Below are positions 18,111-26,406 of a DNA stretch of 28,586 bases, piece after piece. The notes beneath the pieces were generated by a model. That model searched no databases. It saw nothing but the letters and a program-made list of their open reading frames with translations, and was not told the origin of the DNA. How positions within the stretch are numbered: position 1 is the first letter of the stretch; the number at the start of each line of letters is the position of its first letter. Source of the DNA: a virus (taxonomy: Duplodnaviria; Caudoviricetes); IMG/VR virus record IMGVR_UViG_3300020043_002719, positions 1-28,586 of that record; one strand, given 5' to 3'. The translations under genes and the position numbers were made by a program.

Positions 18111-18820
18111 AGTGGTCCCTCATTTGCCTCTGGGTTGTACACAGACTCCGCGTAGGTCAAGTCATCGTGCGAGTCGAAGTCTGACTCTGAAAAGTCACAA
18201 CCTTGATGCTTCTCAATAAACGCGAACTCCTTATGATAAGCTAGCGCAGCATCATTGTACGCTTTGGCGGCATCCTCAATCGTATCGAAAATTCCAAGGT
18301 ACTTGTATTGACCTCCAACGGTGATCTCGGACTTCCATTTGTTCACGTTTTTGGCCCATGATACTCCCTTGTGTCCAGAGGTGTTGTTGGCTTGTTTGCC
18401 TCGATTCCTTTGATTTTCTGCGTTGGAGCATTCACGAAGGTTGGTGATCCTGTTGTCTGTCCTATCCATGTTCTTGTGGTCAAGACAGTCTTTCGGCCAA
18501 TCACCGTAATACATAGCCCATGCGACTCGGTGACTAAATACTTGGATTCGATCTACTACGACTTTTCTGTATCCTTGACCATTTAGATATCCAGCGATCT
18601 TCCCTGCTCTAATCTTTTTGTGATTTACTTTCCATGTTAATTCACCAGTCTCATGGTTGTACGAAAGCAATTCACGCAATCTGGAGATGCTAGGCAGATT
18701 CTCACTGCATGGTGGTCTTGGTAGTCCTGTTGGCTTGCGTCTGTGTTTAGAACTTGAGATTCGCTCTTTTGTGTTTCCCTCGGATTGTGTCAATGATACT
18801 GTACTTTCTTGCTGGTTCAT
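18107..18820 (-). CDS. HNH endonuclease with C-terminal AP2 domain
   Basis: LRELLSYNHETG, HRVAW, DHKNMDRTDNRITNLR, NTSGHKGVSW...YLGIF. ATG 18820 follows an AC-rich leader. Confidence 0.88.
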   Translation of the reverse strand: MNQQESTVSLTQSEGNTKERISSSKHRRKPTGLPRPPCSENLPSISRLRELLSYNHETGELTWKVNHKKIRAGKIAGYLNGQGYRKVVVDRIQVFSHRVAWAMYYGDWPKDCLDHKNMDRTDNRITNLRECSNAENQRNRGKQANNTSGHKGVSWAKNVNKWKSEITVGGQYKYLGIFDTIEDAAKAYNDAALAYHKEFAFIEKHQGCDFSESDFDSHDDLTYAESVYNPEANEGPL

Positions 18821-19091
18821 TGGTGTGTGGTTTCGGTTGTGCCTGTGGAGTTGGTTCGATCTCCTCGGATTGCGGTGTGTTGAGTAGTTTGACCAGAGCA
18901 TCAGAAGACGAAATGCCATCGCGCTCCGCCAGGTTGTTGATGCGCTTTACGGTTTCTGGAGGCAAGGCGAACGAGACCCTCACGGTATCTCGAAACTCCT
19001 TTCTTGGCCTGCCGGTAGACGTAAACCGGTAGGTGTCCCAGTTCATGGATTTGGTATTTAGCACACCATCCCAGTGGTTCTTCATACTCAT
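18747..19091 (-). CDS. Ribbon-helix-helix-like DNA-binding protein
   Basis: GRPRK...VRVSFALPPETVKRINNLAERDGISSSDALVKLL; ATGA overlap with the MazG-like gene. Confidence 0.7.
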   Translation of the reverse strand: MSMKNHWDGVLNTKSMNWDTYRFTSTGRPRKEFRDTVRVSFALPPETVKRINNLAERDGISSSDALVKLLNTPQSEEIEPTPQAQPKPHTNEPARKYSIIDTIRGKHKRANLKF

Positions 19092-19411
19092 TTGGCGTTC
19101 TTCACGAATGTTCCGTTGATCATGCGACCCTTGCGATCCTTGATCTCGTTCCATGCCTGCTCGACGCAATCCTCAAAGATGAGACCGGCACGTTCTGCAG
19201 CAAGCACCAGGCACACGGTGACATCCCCGATAGCGTCAGCAATCTCATGCTTGTCGTCATCATAGAGGGCATCAAATGCCTCCTGCAATTCCTCCTGCGC
19301 CTTGCTGAGTTGGCTACCAAGAGTGCCTTCGCCTTCTGGTCCGCAGATGTACCTATCGACCCCCCATTGGCGAATCTTTCCGATCAGTTCATTCATGTTA
19401 ACGTGTTTCAT
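19088..19411 (-). CDS. MazG-like nucleotide pyrophosphohydrolase
   Basis: KAQEELQE...DAIGD...AWNEIKDRKGRMINGTFVK. Confidence 0.88.
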   Translation of the reverse strand: MKHVNMNELIGKIRQWGVDRYICGPEGEGTLGSQLSKAQEELQEAFDALYDDDKHEIADAIGDVTVCLVLAAERAGLIFEDCVEQAWNEIKDRKGRMINGTFVKNAK

Positions 19412-19875
19412 TTGTTGTGTGTTTTGGTTCCGTAGTGCGCGATTAGTAATGCGTCAGCAGTTGCGTGGATCACCTTGAGGTGAGGGAACAACTCCTGTGC
19501 GCGGCGTTTACTTACGTTCTTGTCGCCGCCAGTCAAGCAGGAAAGTTCCTTCTGCCAGACTTGCGGTCTAACCCGCTCGAAAGGAATCCCTGCTGCGGTG
19601 AGTGCCATTTCAAGATGCCCGAATCCATTCCCAAACGTGAAGGCGGATTTCACGCCCATCTGCGGAGAGGAGTGGACCTGTTCGATGTAGGCGACATGAC
19701 CAAGCACTACCTTATCCAGACGTTGCCGTGGTTCACCTCCATCCCGGATGTCCAAGATTAGATCCCACAGATCCTGTAGCGTGTCGGGCATCTTCTCGAC
19801 GCATGCTTTCCCATCAGAGATCCATGCGATTCCTCCGTTAGCCCCAGGGTCAATCCCGATGATGCATTTGCTCAT
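19408..19875 (-). CDS. RuvC-like Holliday junction resolvase
   Basis: IIGIDPG, IEQV, SAFTFG, PQVWQK and ADALLIA motifs. Confidence 0.85.
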   Translation of the reverse strand: MSKCIIGIDPGANGGIAWISDGKACVEKMPDTLQDLWDLILDIRDGGEPRQRLDKVVLGHVAYIEQVHSSPQMGVKSAFTFGNGFGHLEMALTAAGIPFERVRPQVWQKELSCLTGGDKNVSKRRAQELFPHLKVIHATADALLIAHYGTKTHNK

Positions 19876-19879
19876 GGTT

Positions 19880-20143
19880 TTAGGTGTGAATGATGATTCT
19901 CTCGTTTGGTTCAGATGTGATCTTCGTGATCTTCTTTTTGGGCAGGTTCCTGTGGAAGATATGAAGCGAATCGCCTACTCCAATGAACGGTCCACCGTCT
20001 GGGTCAACGAATAGCAGCGAGTCCTCATCTGCGGTCATGCCAAATCGCATGAAGTCATTGAATGTGTAGAACTCCCACTTTCCATCATCCAGCTTTTTCA
20101 GTATGCAGCTTGGACCAAATCTCCCTTTGATTTCGCATTTCAT
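19880..20143 (-). CDS. Hypothetical protein
   Basis: Tiles the operon with an ATGA overlap; FVDPDGGPFI motif. Confidence 0.7.
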   Translation of the reverse strand: MKCEIKGRFGPSCILKKLDDGKWEFYTFNDFMRFGMTADEDSLLFVDPDGGPFIGVGDSLHIFHRNLPKKKITKITSEPNERIIIHT

Positions 20144-20352
20144 TCTTCGTCCTCCTGCGGTTTGGTCGTTGGGTACAGCAACTCGTCAAGATCGCGGGTG
20201 CCGTACCCGTAGGCGTTCATCAATGGTATGACGACCTGACCGAGCAAATCTTCATAGGATGGTAGATCATCATCAGTCTCAAGGGTCAGCTTGGTAATGG
20301 ACATGCCGATCTTGAACGGTGGCTTATTGGTTTGTTCGATTGTGATTCTCAT
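20140..20352 (-). CDS. Hypothetical protein
   Basis: ATGA overlaps at both ends. Confidence 0.7.
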   Translation of the reverse strand: MRITIEQTNKPPFKIGMSITKLTLETDDDLPSYEDLLGQVVIPLMNAYGYGTRDLDELLYPTTKPQEDEE

Positions 20353-20543
20353 GCTGCTGCTGGTTTAGGTTTGCGTATCCATTGGTTGTAGTAATCGCGG
20401 CGACGTTCACGAACACGATCAGAGTTTACATCGTAGTATTGTCGGCGCAGTTGCGATATGCATGGCTTGCATTGCCACTTGTTCTCGTAGTACTGGTCAA
20501 GTGGTTTGTCTTCAGCGCAGTGGCTGCATTTATGTGTGGTCAT
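20349..20543 (-). CDS. Small C4 zinc-binding protein
   Basis: KCSHC...KP...CKPC followed by an Arg/Tyr-rich helix. Confidence 0.7.
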   Translation of the reverse strand: MTTHKCSHCAEDKPLDQYYENKWQCKPCISQLRRQYYDVNSDRVRERRRDYYNQWIRKPKPAAA

Positions 20544-20713
20544 TTGTATTTTTGTTTGAATGCAATACAGGCTTGTTTCGCTTCCTCAAGGTCATCGAAC
20601 ATCCCAACCTGTCTGGTCCTGTTCCTAACCTTGATTCTTGCTCTCCATTTCCCTCCGGTCTTGTCCCAAGATACGCCTGGAACTCCAGAGGTGTTATCTT
20701 TGCGTAGCTTCAT
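20540..20713 (-). CDS. Stand-alone AP2-domain protein
   Basis: RKDNTSGVPGVSW...KWRARI...GMFDDLEEA; ATG 20713 overlaps the upstream stop. Confidence 0.8.
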   Translation of the reverse strand: MKLRKDNTSGVPGVSWDKTGGKWRARIKVRNRTRQVGMFDDLEEAKQACIAFKQKYK

Positions 20714-21090
20714 GGGAATATGATTTTCTTCATGTCGCATTTTAGGCATCCACCTTGCGGCAGTTCGCTTTGGCAATCGCACTCACTAATGCCGTGCCAG
20801 TACCGTGCGATCTCCTCGATCTGTGCAATCCTCTCAAGGAACAACTCACGTTCACAATTGGCCTTGGCGACAAAGTCCTCGACTAGCTTCGGGATTGTTT
20901 CGAGGAAATCAGAAGGGCTATGTTCCGTGCAATGCTCCCCAGTTCCAAGCGATTTCAGGATCTCTGGGAAGATGGAGCGAATCCTAGCGTGTTGGTCCCG
21001 GAGGTCGCAGTAAACACCGACAATGTGTGTACGGATGTCGTTAACAACGGTTTCGTGAGACTCGTAATGGATGTCTCCTGGTAGCTTCAC
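20710..21090 (-). CDS. Hypothetical protein
   Basis: GTGA-coupled, preceded by AAGGAGG; C-terminal CxC...CxxC. Confidence 0.65.
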   Translation of the reverse strand: MKLPGDIHYESHETVVNDIRTHIVGVYCDLRDQHARIRSIFPEILKSLGTGEHCTEHSPSDFLETIPKLVEDFVAKANCERELFLERIAQIEEIARYWHGISECDCQSELPQGGCLKCDMKKIIFP

Positions 21091-21440
21091 TTGCGTTCCT
21101 CCTTCAGATGTTCGTTAATCATTTCTGCGATTGCTTGTAACGCTCGCATTGGCAGATCTGCCGGGTGCGGTTCACCAATCTGCGTGATGTTGAAGATATC
21201 GCGCAGCAAATCGCTGGTGTCATTACACTTAAATGTCAGATCAACGCTCATGCGAGACGCCTCAATCAAACGCTTGTGCAAATCGACAGCCTTCTTGCGC
21301 CACTCATCGCGCTCGCGTTCCAGCGTTCTGGCTAATTCACATATGCGGCGGTAAGCCGTGAGTGGGGCGGAGTATTCCTCAATGCGGTGCGCATCCGTTT
21401 CCATCATTGCATCCGTTTCCGGTGTCATGCTGTTGCTCAT
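21087..21440 (-). CDS. TPETDA/LERERDE coiled-coil protein, copy 1
   Basis: Shares both motifs with 21636-21950; TAATG start at 21440. Confidence 0.7.
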   Translation of the reverse strand: MSNSMTPETDAMMETDAHRIEEYSAPLTAYRRICELARTLERERDEWRKKAVDLHKRLIEASRMSVDLTFKCNDTSDLLRDIFNITQIGEPHPADLPMRALQAIAEMINEHLKEERK

Positions 21441-21643
21441 TATTTCTCCTTCCATTTGAATTGTACTTTCTCGTTGTCGGTGATCACCGCGTCAACGTAG
21501 CCGCGATCGTATGCTTCCTTCATGGTTGCGCGGGTGTTTTGTTCAACGACCCACGGTAGGTGCGGGACGTACACTAATGCGATCAACGTCGCTGCGATCG
21601 ACCCCATCATCAGCCCGACAAAGAATCCTGATCCGTCACTCAC
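21440..21643 (-). CDS. Small membrane protein
   Basis: N-terminal TM segment (FFVGLMMGSIAATLIALVY) and EAYDRGY motif. Confidence 0.65.
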   Translation of the reverse strand: MSDGSGFFVGLMMGSIAATLIALVYVPHLPWVVEQNTRATMKEAYDRGYVDAVITDNEKVQFKWKEK

Positions 21644-21950
21644 TGCGTGCCTCCTTCAATTCTGCAAGTTCCTTGCGTAGGTCCTCGCGCTCAATCGTGC
21701 AGACAACACCATACTGGCACACCTCGATCAGTCGTTTGTTCAACTCGTCGAGTTCACGCCTCAGCTTCGCGTTGTCCTCCTTCATGACTCGCTTGTAGGC
21801 TTTCGCCTTGTCAACGGCGTCTAGTGCCTCGTCGCGCTCTCGCTCAAGTCGTCGGGAGAGGTTTAGCATCTCGAAATACTGACTCATCACATCGCGTGAC
21901 ATGCGCTTTTCATGCAGCGCATCAGTCTCCGGTGTCGGTCGATCAGTCAT
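21636..21950 (-). CDS. TPETDA/LERERDE coiled-coil protein, copy 2
   Basis: Shares motifs with 21087-21440; AAGGAG upstream. Confidence 0.7.
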   Translation of the reverse strand: MTDRPTPETDALHEKRMSRDVMSQYFEMLNLSRRLERERDEALDAVDKAKAYKRVMKEDNAKLRRELDELNKRLIEVCQYGVVCTIEREDLRKELAELKEARSE

Positions 21951-22155
21951 TGGTTTCTCCTTTCAGTTCGTTGATGAGTTCGTCTGCATTGTCACCATTC
22001 ACCAGTGCCTCGATCCAGTACACAGTGTTAAGGGTTGCGGTGTGTCGCCAACCGTTGTCCTCAAGACCGTCCATTTCCGCGCCTTGCCCAGTCGTCAGGC
22101 AACGGATCTTGCTGTCCTTGGCATAGACGAAGACGAATGTATCAGGAATAGTCAT
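21943..22155 (-). CDS. Hypothetical protein
   Basis: Coupled ORF with GGAGGT upstream. Confidence 0.65.
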   Translation of the reverse strand: MTIPDTFVFVYAKDSKIRCLTTGQGAEMDGLEDNGWRHTATLNTVYWIEALVNGDNADELINELKGETND

Positions 22156-22331
22156 GGCTGCACCTCCAGTCTTTCCGCTTGCTTGTACATCGCTTCCGCC
22201 ATCATGTCATAGTAGCGGCAAAGAAGCAAAGCGACTGCCTGCTCTGTGGTTTTCTCCTTGGTCTGGTAGAACTCTATCGGAATCATTGCGCTGATCCTTC
22301 CAAGCATTTGAGAGTCTTTTTCGTAGTTCAT
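22152..22331 (-). CDS. Hypothetical protein
   Basis: ATG 22331 overlaps the upstream TGA; AAGGAG upstream. Confidence 0.6.
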   Translation of the reverse strand: MNYEKDSQMLGRISAMIPIEFYQTKEKTTEQAVALLLCRYYDMMAEAMYKQAERLEVQP

Positions 22332-22480
22332 GCGTTCTCCTTTCTCCAGAAGCACACCAGTGCCTTGATGCGCTCAATCCTCGCCTTGCGCTGAGTCTCT
22401 CGCTCGTTGCGTTCGGCAAGTGCCTTGAACAATTCGTATGTAAGTGCAGGTGTCTCCCTGCCGATTGTGATGGTTTTCAT
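22328..22480 (-). CDS. Hypothetical protein (50 aa); best predicted target of the candidate sRNA
   Basis: MKTITIGRETPALTYELFKALAERNERETQRKARIERIKALVCFWRKENA; leader aaaccacgacacataacaca. Not in the supplied ORF track. Confidence 0.65.
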   Translation of the reverse strand: MKTITIGRETPALTYELFKALAERNERETQRKARIERIKALVCFWRKENA

Positions 22481-22498
22481 TGTGTTATGTGTCGTGGT

Positions 22499-22705
22499 TT
22501 ACTCTTCGTTCCAGAGTCTGATCTTTAGCTTCTTGGCAAGCCCGACAATGGCATTGTCCTTATCCTTGTCACGCCAGAAATGCTTTGACCCTGATTTATA
22601 GGCGATCCATTCCCCACTGTCTGCTGCCTGCACCTGGATGTGGTGCTTACGCATCCACTTGAGGCGAGGAGACAGTGACTCCATGTCGCTAAATAGCTCA
22701 CTCAT
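22499..22705 (-). CDS. Hypothetical protein
   Basis: Coupled ORF; SPRLKWM...LWNEE. Confidence 0.7.
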   Translation of the reverse strand: MSELFSDMESLSPRLKWMRKHHIQVQAADSGEWIAYKSGSKHFWRDKDKDNAIVGLAKKLKIRLWNEE

Positions 22706-22920
22706 CGTTCTGTGATCGTGTTGAGTTCCGATTCATGCCTCCAGATCTCGACTGATTCTGGGTTAGCAAACTCGACCAGCACGATGTCGCACGTTTTGAG
22801 GTCATCGAATGCCCTGTTGAACCATTCCATCTGTTCCGCGTTCTTTCTGGAGTAAGGGGTGGTGAGCGGGATGTACCCGCTCTCCCTTGCCTCCATTGGT
22901 GATAATGTGAGGACTCTCAT
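22702..22920 (-). CDS. Hypothetical protein
   Basis: Tiles the operon downstream of the SSB-like gene. Confidence 0.7.
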   Translation of the reverse strand: MRVLTLSPMEARESGYIPLTTPYSRKNAEQMEWFNRAFDDLKTCDIVLVEFANPESVEIWRHESELNTITER

Positions 22921-22923
22921 GGA

Positions 22924-23232
22924 TCAGAAAGGAATCCCGGAATCATCGGGTTCATCCCATCCAAGGTTATCGTTCTTGGCAGGAGCATTCTGTTGCTGCG
23001 GTGCAGTACCTGGACGTTCCTTGATCTTCGCGTTCCCAAGGATCGGTCCCTTGTCACGCTCGACTCCTTGCGGAACCTTCTGGGTCACGAATCCATCGTT
23101 CCCGTATTGGTCCTTCTCGTCACGGATGAGGACGGCAAGGTTCAGATAGGTGCGCCCGGTTTTGGGAGACTTGTACATCAATCCCTTCTCGATTTTGCTC
23201 ACATCAATGCTCAATTCGATTACTTGTTTCAT
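22924..23232 (-). CDS. Putative ssDNA-binding protein
   Basis: Small beta-rich body, flexible linker and acidic tail ending DDSGIPF; adjacent to the RecE/RecT-like pair. Confidence 0.65.
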   Translation of the reverse strand: MKQVIELSIDVSKIEKGLMYKSPKTGRTYLNLAVLIRDEKDQYGNDGFVTQKVPQGVERDKGPILGNAKIKERPGTAPQQQNAPAKNDNLGWDEPDDSGIPF

Positions 23233-23240
23233 GTTTTTGT

Positions 23241-24056
23241 TTATTGGTTTTCTTGTTTCGCCCATGCTGGGAGATCTACTTCGACGACACCATCAATCGC
23301 CTTTGGCCAATTCTTGGTGGCTACGCACTTTTGCCAGCGCAGGATGGCATTCATGTACGCCACTCGACCCGCTTGGATGAGGTCATCAGAGAGCGAGATC
23401 CATGCGGTCTCAAACGGTTCGGTGTCTTCGACGAACAGGAGCCAAAACTGGTCACGATTTTCGCCAGACGCTGCGTTCCAGAGGTCGAGGTACAACGCTG
23501 CCTGCCAGTGGTATCCGCGCCGGATGATGTTGCCCTGGAGTTGCGCCACAGACTCAACGCTGCCGGTGGTCTTGAGGTCCACCAGTTGAGGGCCTGATTC
23601 CGGGACGATGTCGATCATCCCGCGAACCTTGGTGTCACCGATCTGGTTGTAGACCGCAACCTCGTAGTCCTTCTTCCCGAGGGAGAAGAACGTCTGGTCC
23701 TCCTCGATGACGCTCACACAGTTGGCAGCACGGTCGATGTCCTTCTGGGTGATCACGCTTTTGCCGTCAGCGATCTGCTGTTCCTTCCATTCCCGTGCTT
23801 CGGTCTTACGAAAGTCGTCGTAGGGACTGACTGCGAACAGCTTGTCGGTCTCGTTTTCCGTGAGGAGCATGGAGTGGACGAGTGTACCCCATTCCATTGC
23901 CTTGGTGGGTTTGAACGCCGGCCCGTACTTCCACTTGAAAGGCCTCTGGTTAAACGCCCACAGCATGGACTTGGATACCTCCCCGGCCAGATCCCGAGGG
24001 GTTGCCCCCCCGAGATAGTAGTCGAGTCCGAGATTCTTGATGATTTTTGCGCTCAT
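23241..24056 (-). CDS. RecE/exonuclease VIII-like PD-(D/E)XK nuclease (DUF3799-like)
   Basis: SKSML, GTLVH, RGMID...VDLKT, GYHWQAALY. Confidence 0.85.
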   Translation of the reverse strand: MSAKIIKNLGLDYYLGGATPRDLAGEVSKSMLWAFNQRPFKWKYGPAFKPTKAMEWGTLVHSMLLTENETDKLFAVSPYDDFRKTEAREWKEQQIADGKSVITQKDIDRAANCVSVIEEDQTFFSLGKKDYEVAVYNQIGDTKVRGMIDIVPESGPQLVDLKTTGSVESVAQLQGNIIRRGYHWQAALYLDLWNAASGENRDQFWLLFVEDTEPFETAWISLSDDLIQAGRVAYMNAILRWQKCVATKNWPKAIDGVVEVDLPAWAKQENQ

Positions 24057-24835
24057 TGGTCGTCCTCCGCCATTGCCATTGCCTCGTCCAAGATCGACTC
24101 CAGAGACATGGGTTTTCTCCTTGGCTTTTCTTGCTGCACTGGAGCCTCCACAACGGGTTCCACGGCAACCTCTGCGACAACCTCCACGGGTTCCGGTTTA
24201 GGCTCAGGAATAGCCTCTGGAGCGGGTTGCTGGGCGAATGGGTTCTGGCGCGGCGTGACGTTCCGTGGTGGTTCTGCGAAGTCGCGGACTTCATCCTGGG
24301 TGTAGAACCCGAGGGAGAGATCCGATGCGTAGGCGCGACTCCAGAACGATGCAGCACGGTAGCGGAGCATTTGACCCGGCATCGTAAGCCACTTCGATCC
24401 GTTCTTGGTACTCCAGCCCTCTTTCTTTGCCATCTCCAAGGTGATCTTCTCACCCTTGAGTTCTTGCCCCGATGCCTTATCGGTGGCAACAGCGTAGCAG
24501 GATGTAGGTGCGTCCTCGTCGTCGAAGACAAAGCGGAGTGGGGTATAGCGACCGCATGAATTGATCATGCCGATCAGTGCCGTTGCGCTCCAGCTTGGGC
24601 GACCGTGGATGATCGCCAGATTTTGGCAGACCATCAAGGGATCGAGGCGGGTGCGTTTCGCCACGTTGATGGCGATGCCGCAGTTGGCAACGTTCCCCTG
24701 GAAGTCCTTGGGAACGAGTGAGGATGAGGCGAGCATTTTCGCCTGCCGTTGGGCAAGCTCGAAAGCCTGCGTTTCAGCTTGGACGAGGAGCATTGCGCTC
24801 CCCTCGTTATTGGTGGTGATGTCGGTGTTTTCCAT
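24053..24835 (-). CDS. RecT-like ssDNA-annealing protein
   Basis: LVPKDFQG, IHGRPS, MAKKEGW...W.TMP.QMLRYRA..F..R; coupled to the exonuclease. Confidence 0.82.
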   Translation of the reverse strand: MENTDITTNNEGSAMLLVQAETQAFELAQRQAKMLASSSLVPKDFQGNVANCGIAINVAKRTRLDPLMVCQNLAIIHGRPSWSATALIGMINSCGRYTPLRFVFDDEDAPTSCYAVATDKASGQELKGEKITLEMAKKEGWSTKNGSKWLTMPGQMLRYRAASFWSRAYASDLSLGFYTQDEVRDFAEPPRNVTPRQNPFAQQPAPEAIPEPKPEPVEVVAEVAVEPVVEAPVQQEKPRRKPMSLESILDEAMAMAEDDQ

Positions 24836-24836
24836 T

Positions 24837-24998
24837 CTAGTGTGTGTGTTTATGGATTCTTTTTATGATTCCCTCGCTGATCCCCACCAGTGCCGCGCAG
24901 AACATTGCGACGAACACCAGCAAGATAAGCGGAGAGTGCATGATCAGGAGTGCAGCATCATTCGCTGCATTCCACAGTGTCTTGGGTTTCGGGTTCAT
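24837..24998 (-). CDS. Small membrane protein (53 aa)
   Basis: MNPKPKTLWNAANDAALLIMHSPLILLVFVAMFCAALVGISEGIIKRIHKHTH; one TM helix; fills the gap. Confidence 0.5.
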   Translation of the reverse strand: MNPKPKTLWNAANDAALLIMHSPLILLVFVAMFCAALVGISEGIIKRIHKHTH

Positions 24999-25155
24999 TG
25001 GGGATCTTGGTTGCTTCCAAGGTCTCGATCACCCACTCAAAAGCAGCGGATGCCAGTGCCGGGTGAATGATCACCGTCTGCTGGCGTTTGAGCTTTTTCA
25101 AGTGCTTGATTTTGACGACCACCTCGATGTGGTCTGGTTTTGCGATGCGTCCCAT
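24958..25155 (-). CDS. Hypothetical protein
   Basis: ATG 25155 follows a long AC-rich leader and a putative promoter. Confidence 0.65.
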   Translation of the reverse strand: MGRIAKPDHIEVVVKIKHLKKLKRQQTVIIHPALASAAFEWVIETLEATKIPNEPETQDTVECSE

Positions 25156-25196
25156 GTGTGTGGTTTGGTTTGTGTTGTGTGCCGATTGGCGATGGA

Positions 25197-25224
25197 AAAA
25201 TGCCTGATTCCTGGAAAGAGTCAA
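25197..25224 (-). promoter_or_regulatory. Putative promoter of the recombination operon
   Basis: TTGACT-16 nt-CATTTT in an intergenic gap with an AT-rich upstream tract; same layout as 28467-28494. Confidence 0.5.
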
Positions 25225-25239
25225 AACAATTTTCAAGAA

Positions 25240-26406
25240 TTATTCGTGTAATGTTTGCATTAACGTGCGGAATGCCTTCTTTGCGGTAGCCGGCACTACT
25301 CCATTTCCGAGGAGTCGCAGTTCGTCTGTGCGATTGTCACAGGTGACGTACAGCTTGGCATCGTCCATCCGATCGGCAGGCCCATCAGCGTCTCGACCCA
25401 GCGCGGGTTGAGCTTCCCCCTCTGCGTCCGCTCCACCATCGGCGTGAGTTCCTTGTATTCCCGTTCCTCGTTCCCGCGACCGCTCTTGTGATCGCGTGCT
25501 GTCGGCGTTGCCCAAGCCTTCCCAACTTGGGTCTCTAGGTTTGGAAACCTTTTCAGATTGTTTGCTGACTCCGCTGTGATCGTCGCCGCCATTGCTGAAC
25601 AACTGCGTGGTGTCGCCCATTGTTTTTGTTCCTGCATCACCGCAATCGGAAGTGGGCGATGCAGGTTGATCCCTTCTGCCTGCTTCCGATCCCGTCTCGC
25701 AGTCCAAGTCTCCAGTGACTCGTTGATAAGCCCATCCATGCTTCTTGCCGTCGGCCACGACTCTTGGCGGTTCCCAATCGTGCTGTTGTTCGCCTGGTCG
25801 GCTTGGCCAAACATCGCTGCCATCGTTGCAAGCGGGATACTGTTGCGATTCATCTGCGATCCTCCAATCGAGTTCTTCGACTCGTTGACGCTGATCGTAG
25901 GCCAAGATAAACACCCGCTTGCGCTGATGAGGCGCGCAGACTTCACGCGCTGAGAATATTCCCCACGACACCTTGTAACCCAGCTCTTCCAAATCGCTGA
26001 TGACGCTGGAGAGTCCCAGCGAAATGTGTCCTTCGACGTTTTCAAAGAAGCACATTCTTGGTTGAAGAAGTCGAATCCCATCTGCGATCCAAGGCCAGAG
26101 GTGTCTTGGGTCGTCCTTGCCTGCTCGCTTTCCTGCGGCAGAGAATGGTTGGCAGGGATATCCGCCAGTGAGGATGTCCACCTTTCCACAAAACTCTGCC
26201 CATGGGAAGGTTTTAAGATCCGACCAAATAGGTGCTGGGTCCATGAGTCCCGCCTCCATTTTTGCGACCAAGTTCGCGCAGGCGAAGGCCTCGATCTCAC
26301 AAAGAGCGATTGTGCGCATATCTGGGATGACTCGTTTGAGTCCAAGTTCAATGCCTCCGTATCCGGCACAAAGACCGATGTGTGTAGTTGTTTGGGTAGT
26401 ATCCAC
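25240..26406 (-). CDS. C5 cytosine DNA methyltransferase, catalytic (alpha-like) polypeptide
   Basis: Motif I LCAGYGG, IV GGYPCQPFS, VI ENV, VIII HQRKRVF, X LGNGVVP; no recognisable motif IX. GTG 26406 is the likely start. Confidence 0.88.
   Translation of the reverse strand: MDTTQTTTHIGLCAGYGGIELGLKRVIPDMRTIALCEIEAFACANLVAKMEAGLMDPAPIWSDLKTFPWAEFCGKVDILTGGYPCQPFSAAGKRAGKDDPRHLWPWIADGIRLLQPRMCFFENVEGHISLGLSSVISDLEELGYKVSWGIFSAREVCAPHQRKRVFILAYDQRQRVEELDWRIADESQQYPACNDGSDVWPSRPGEQQHDWEPPRVVADGKKHGWAYQRVTGDLDCETGSEAGRRDQPASPTSDCGDAGTKTMGDTTQLFSNGGDDHSGVSKQSEKVSKPRDPSWEGLGNADSTRSQERSRERGTGIQGTHADGGADAEGEAQPALGRDADGPADRMDDAKLYVTCDNRTDELRLLGNGVVPATAKKAFRTLMQTLHE

Noticed and set aside
23950-24531. 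193-aa alternative-frame ORF within the RecT-like gene
   Set aside because: Arg/Pro-rich shadow composition with no motif or leader, unlike the methyltransferase overlap.
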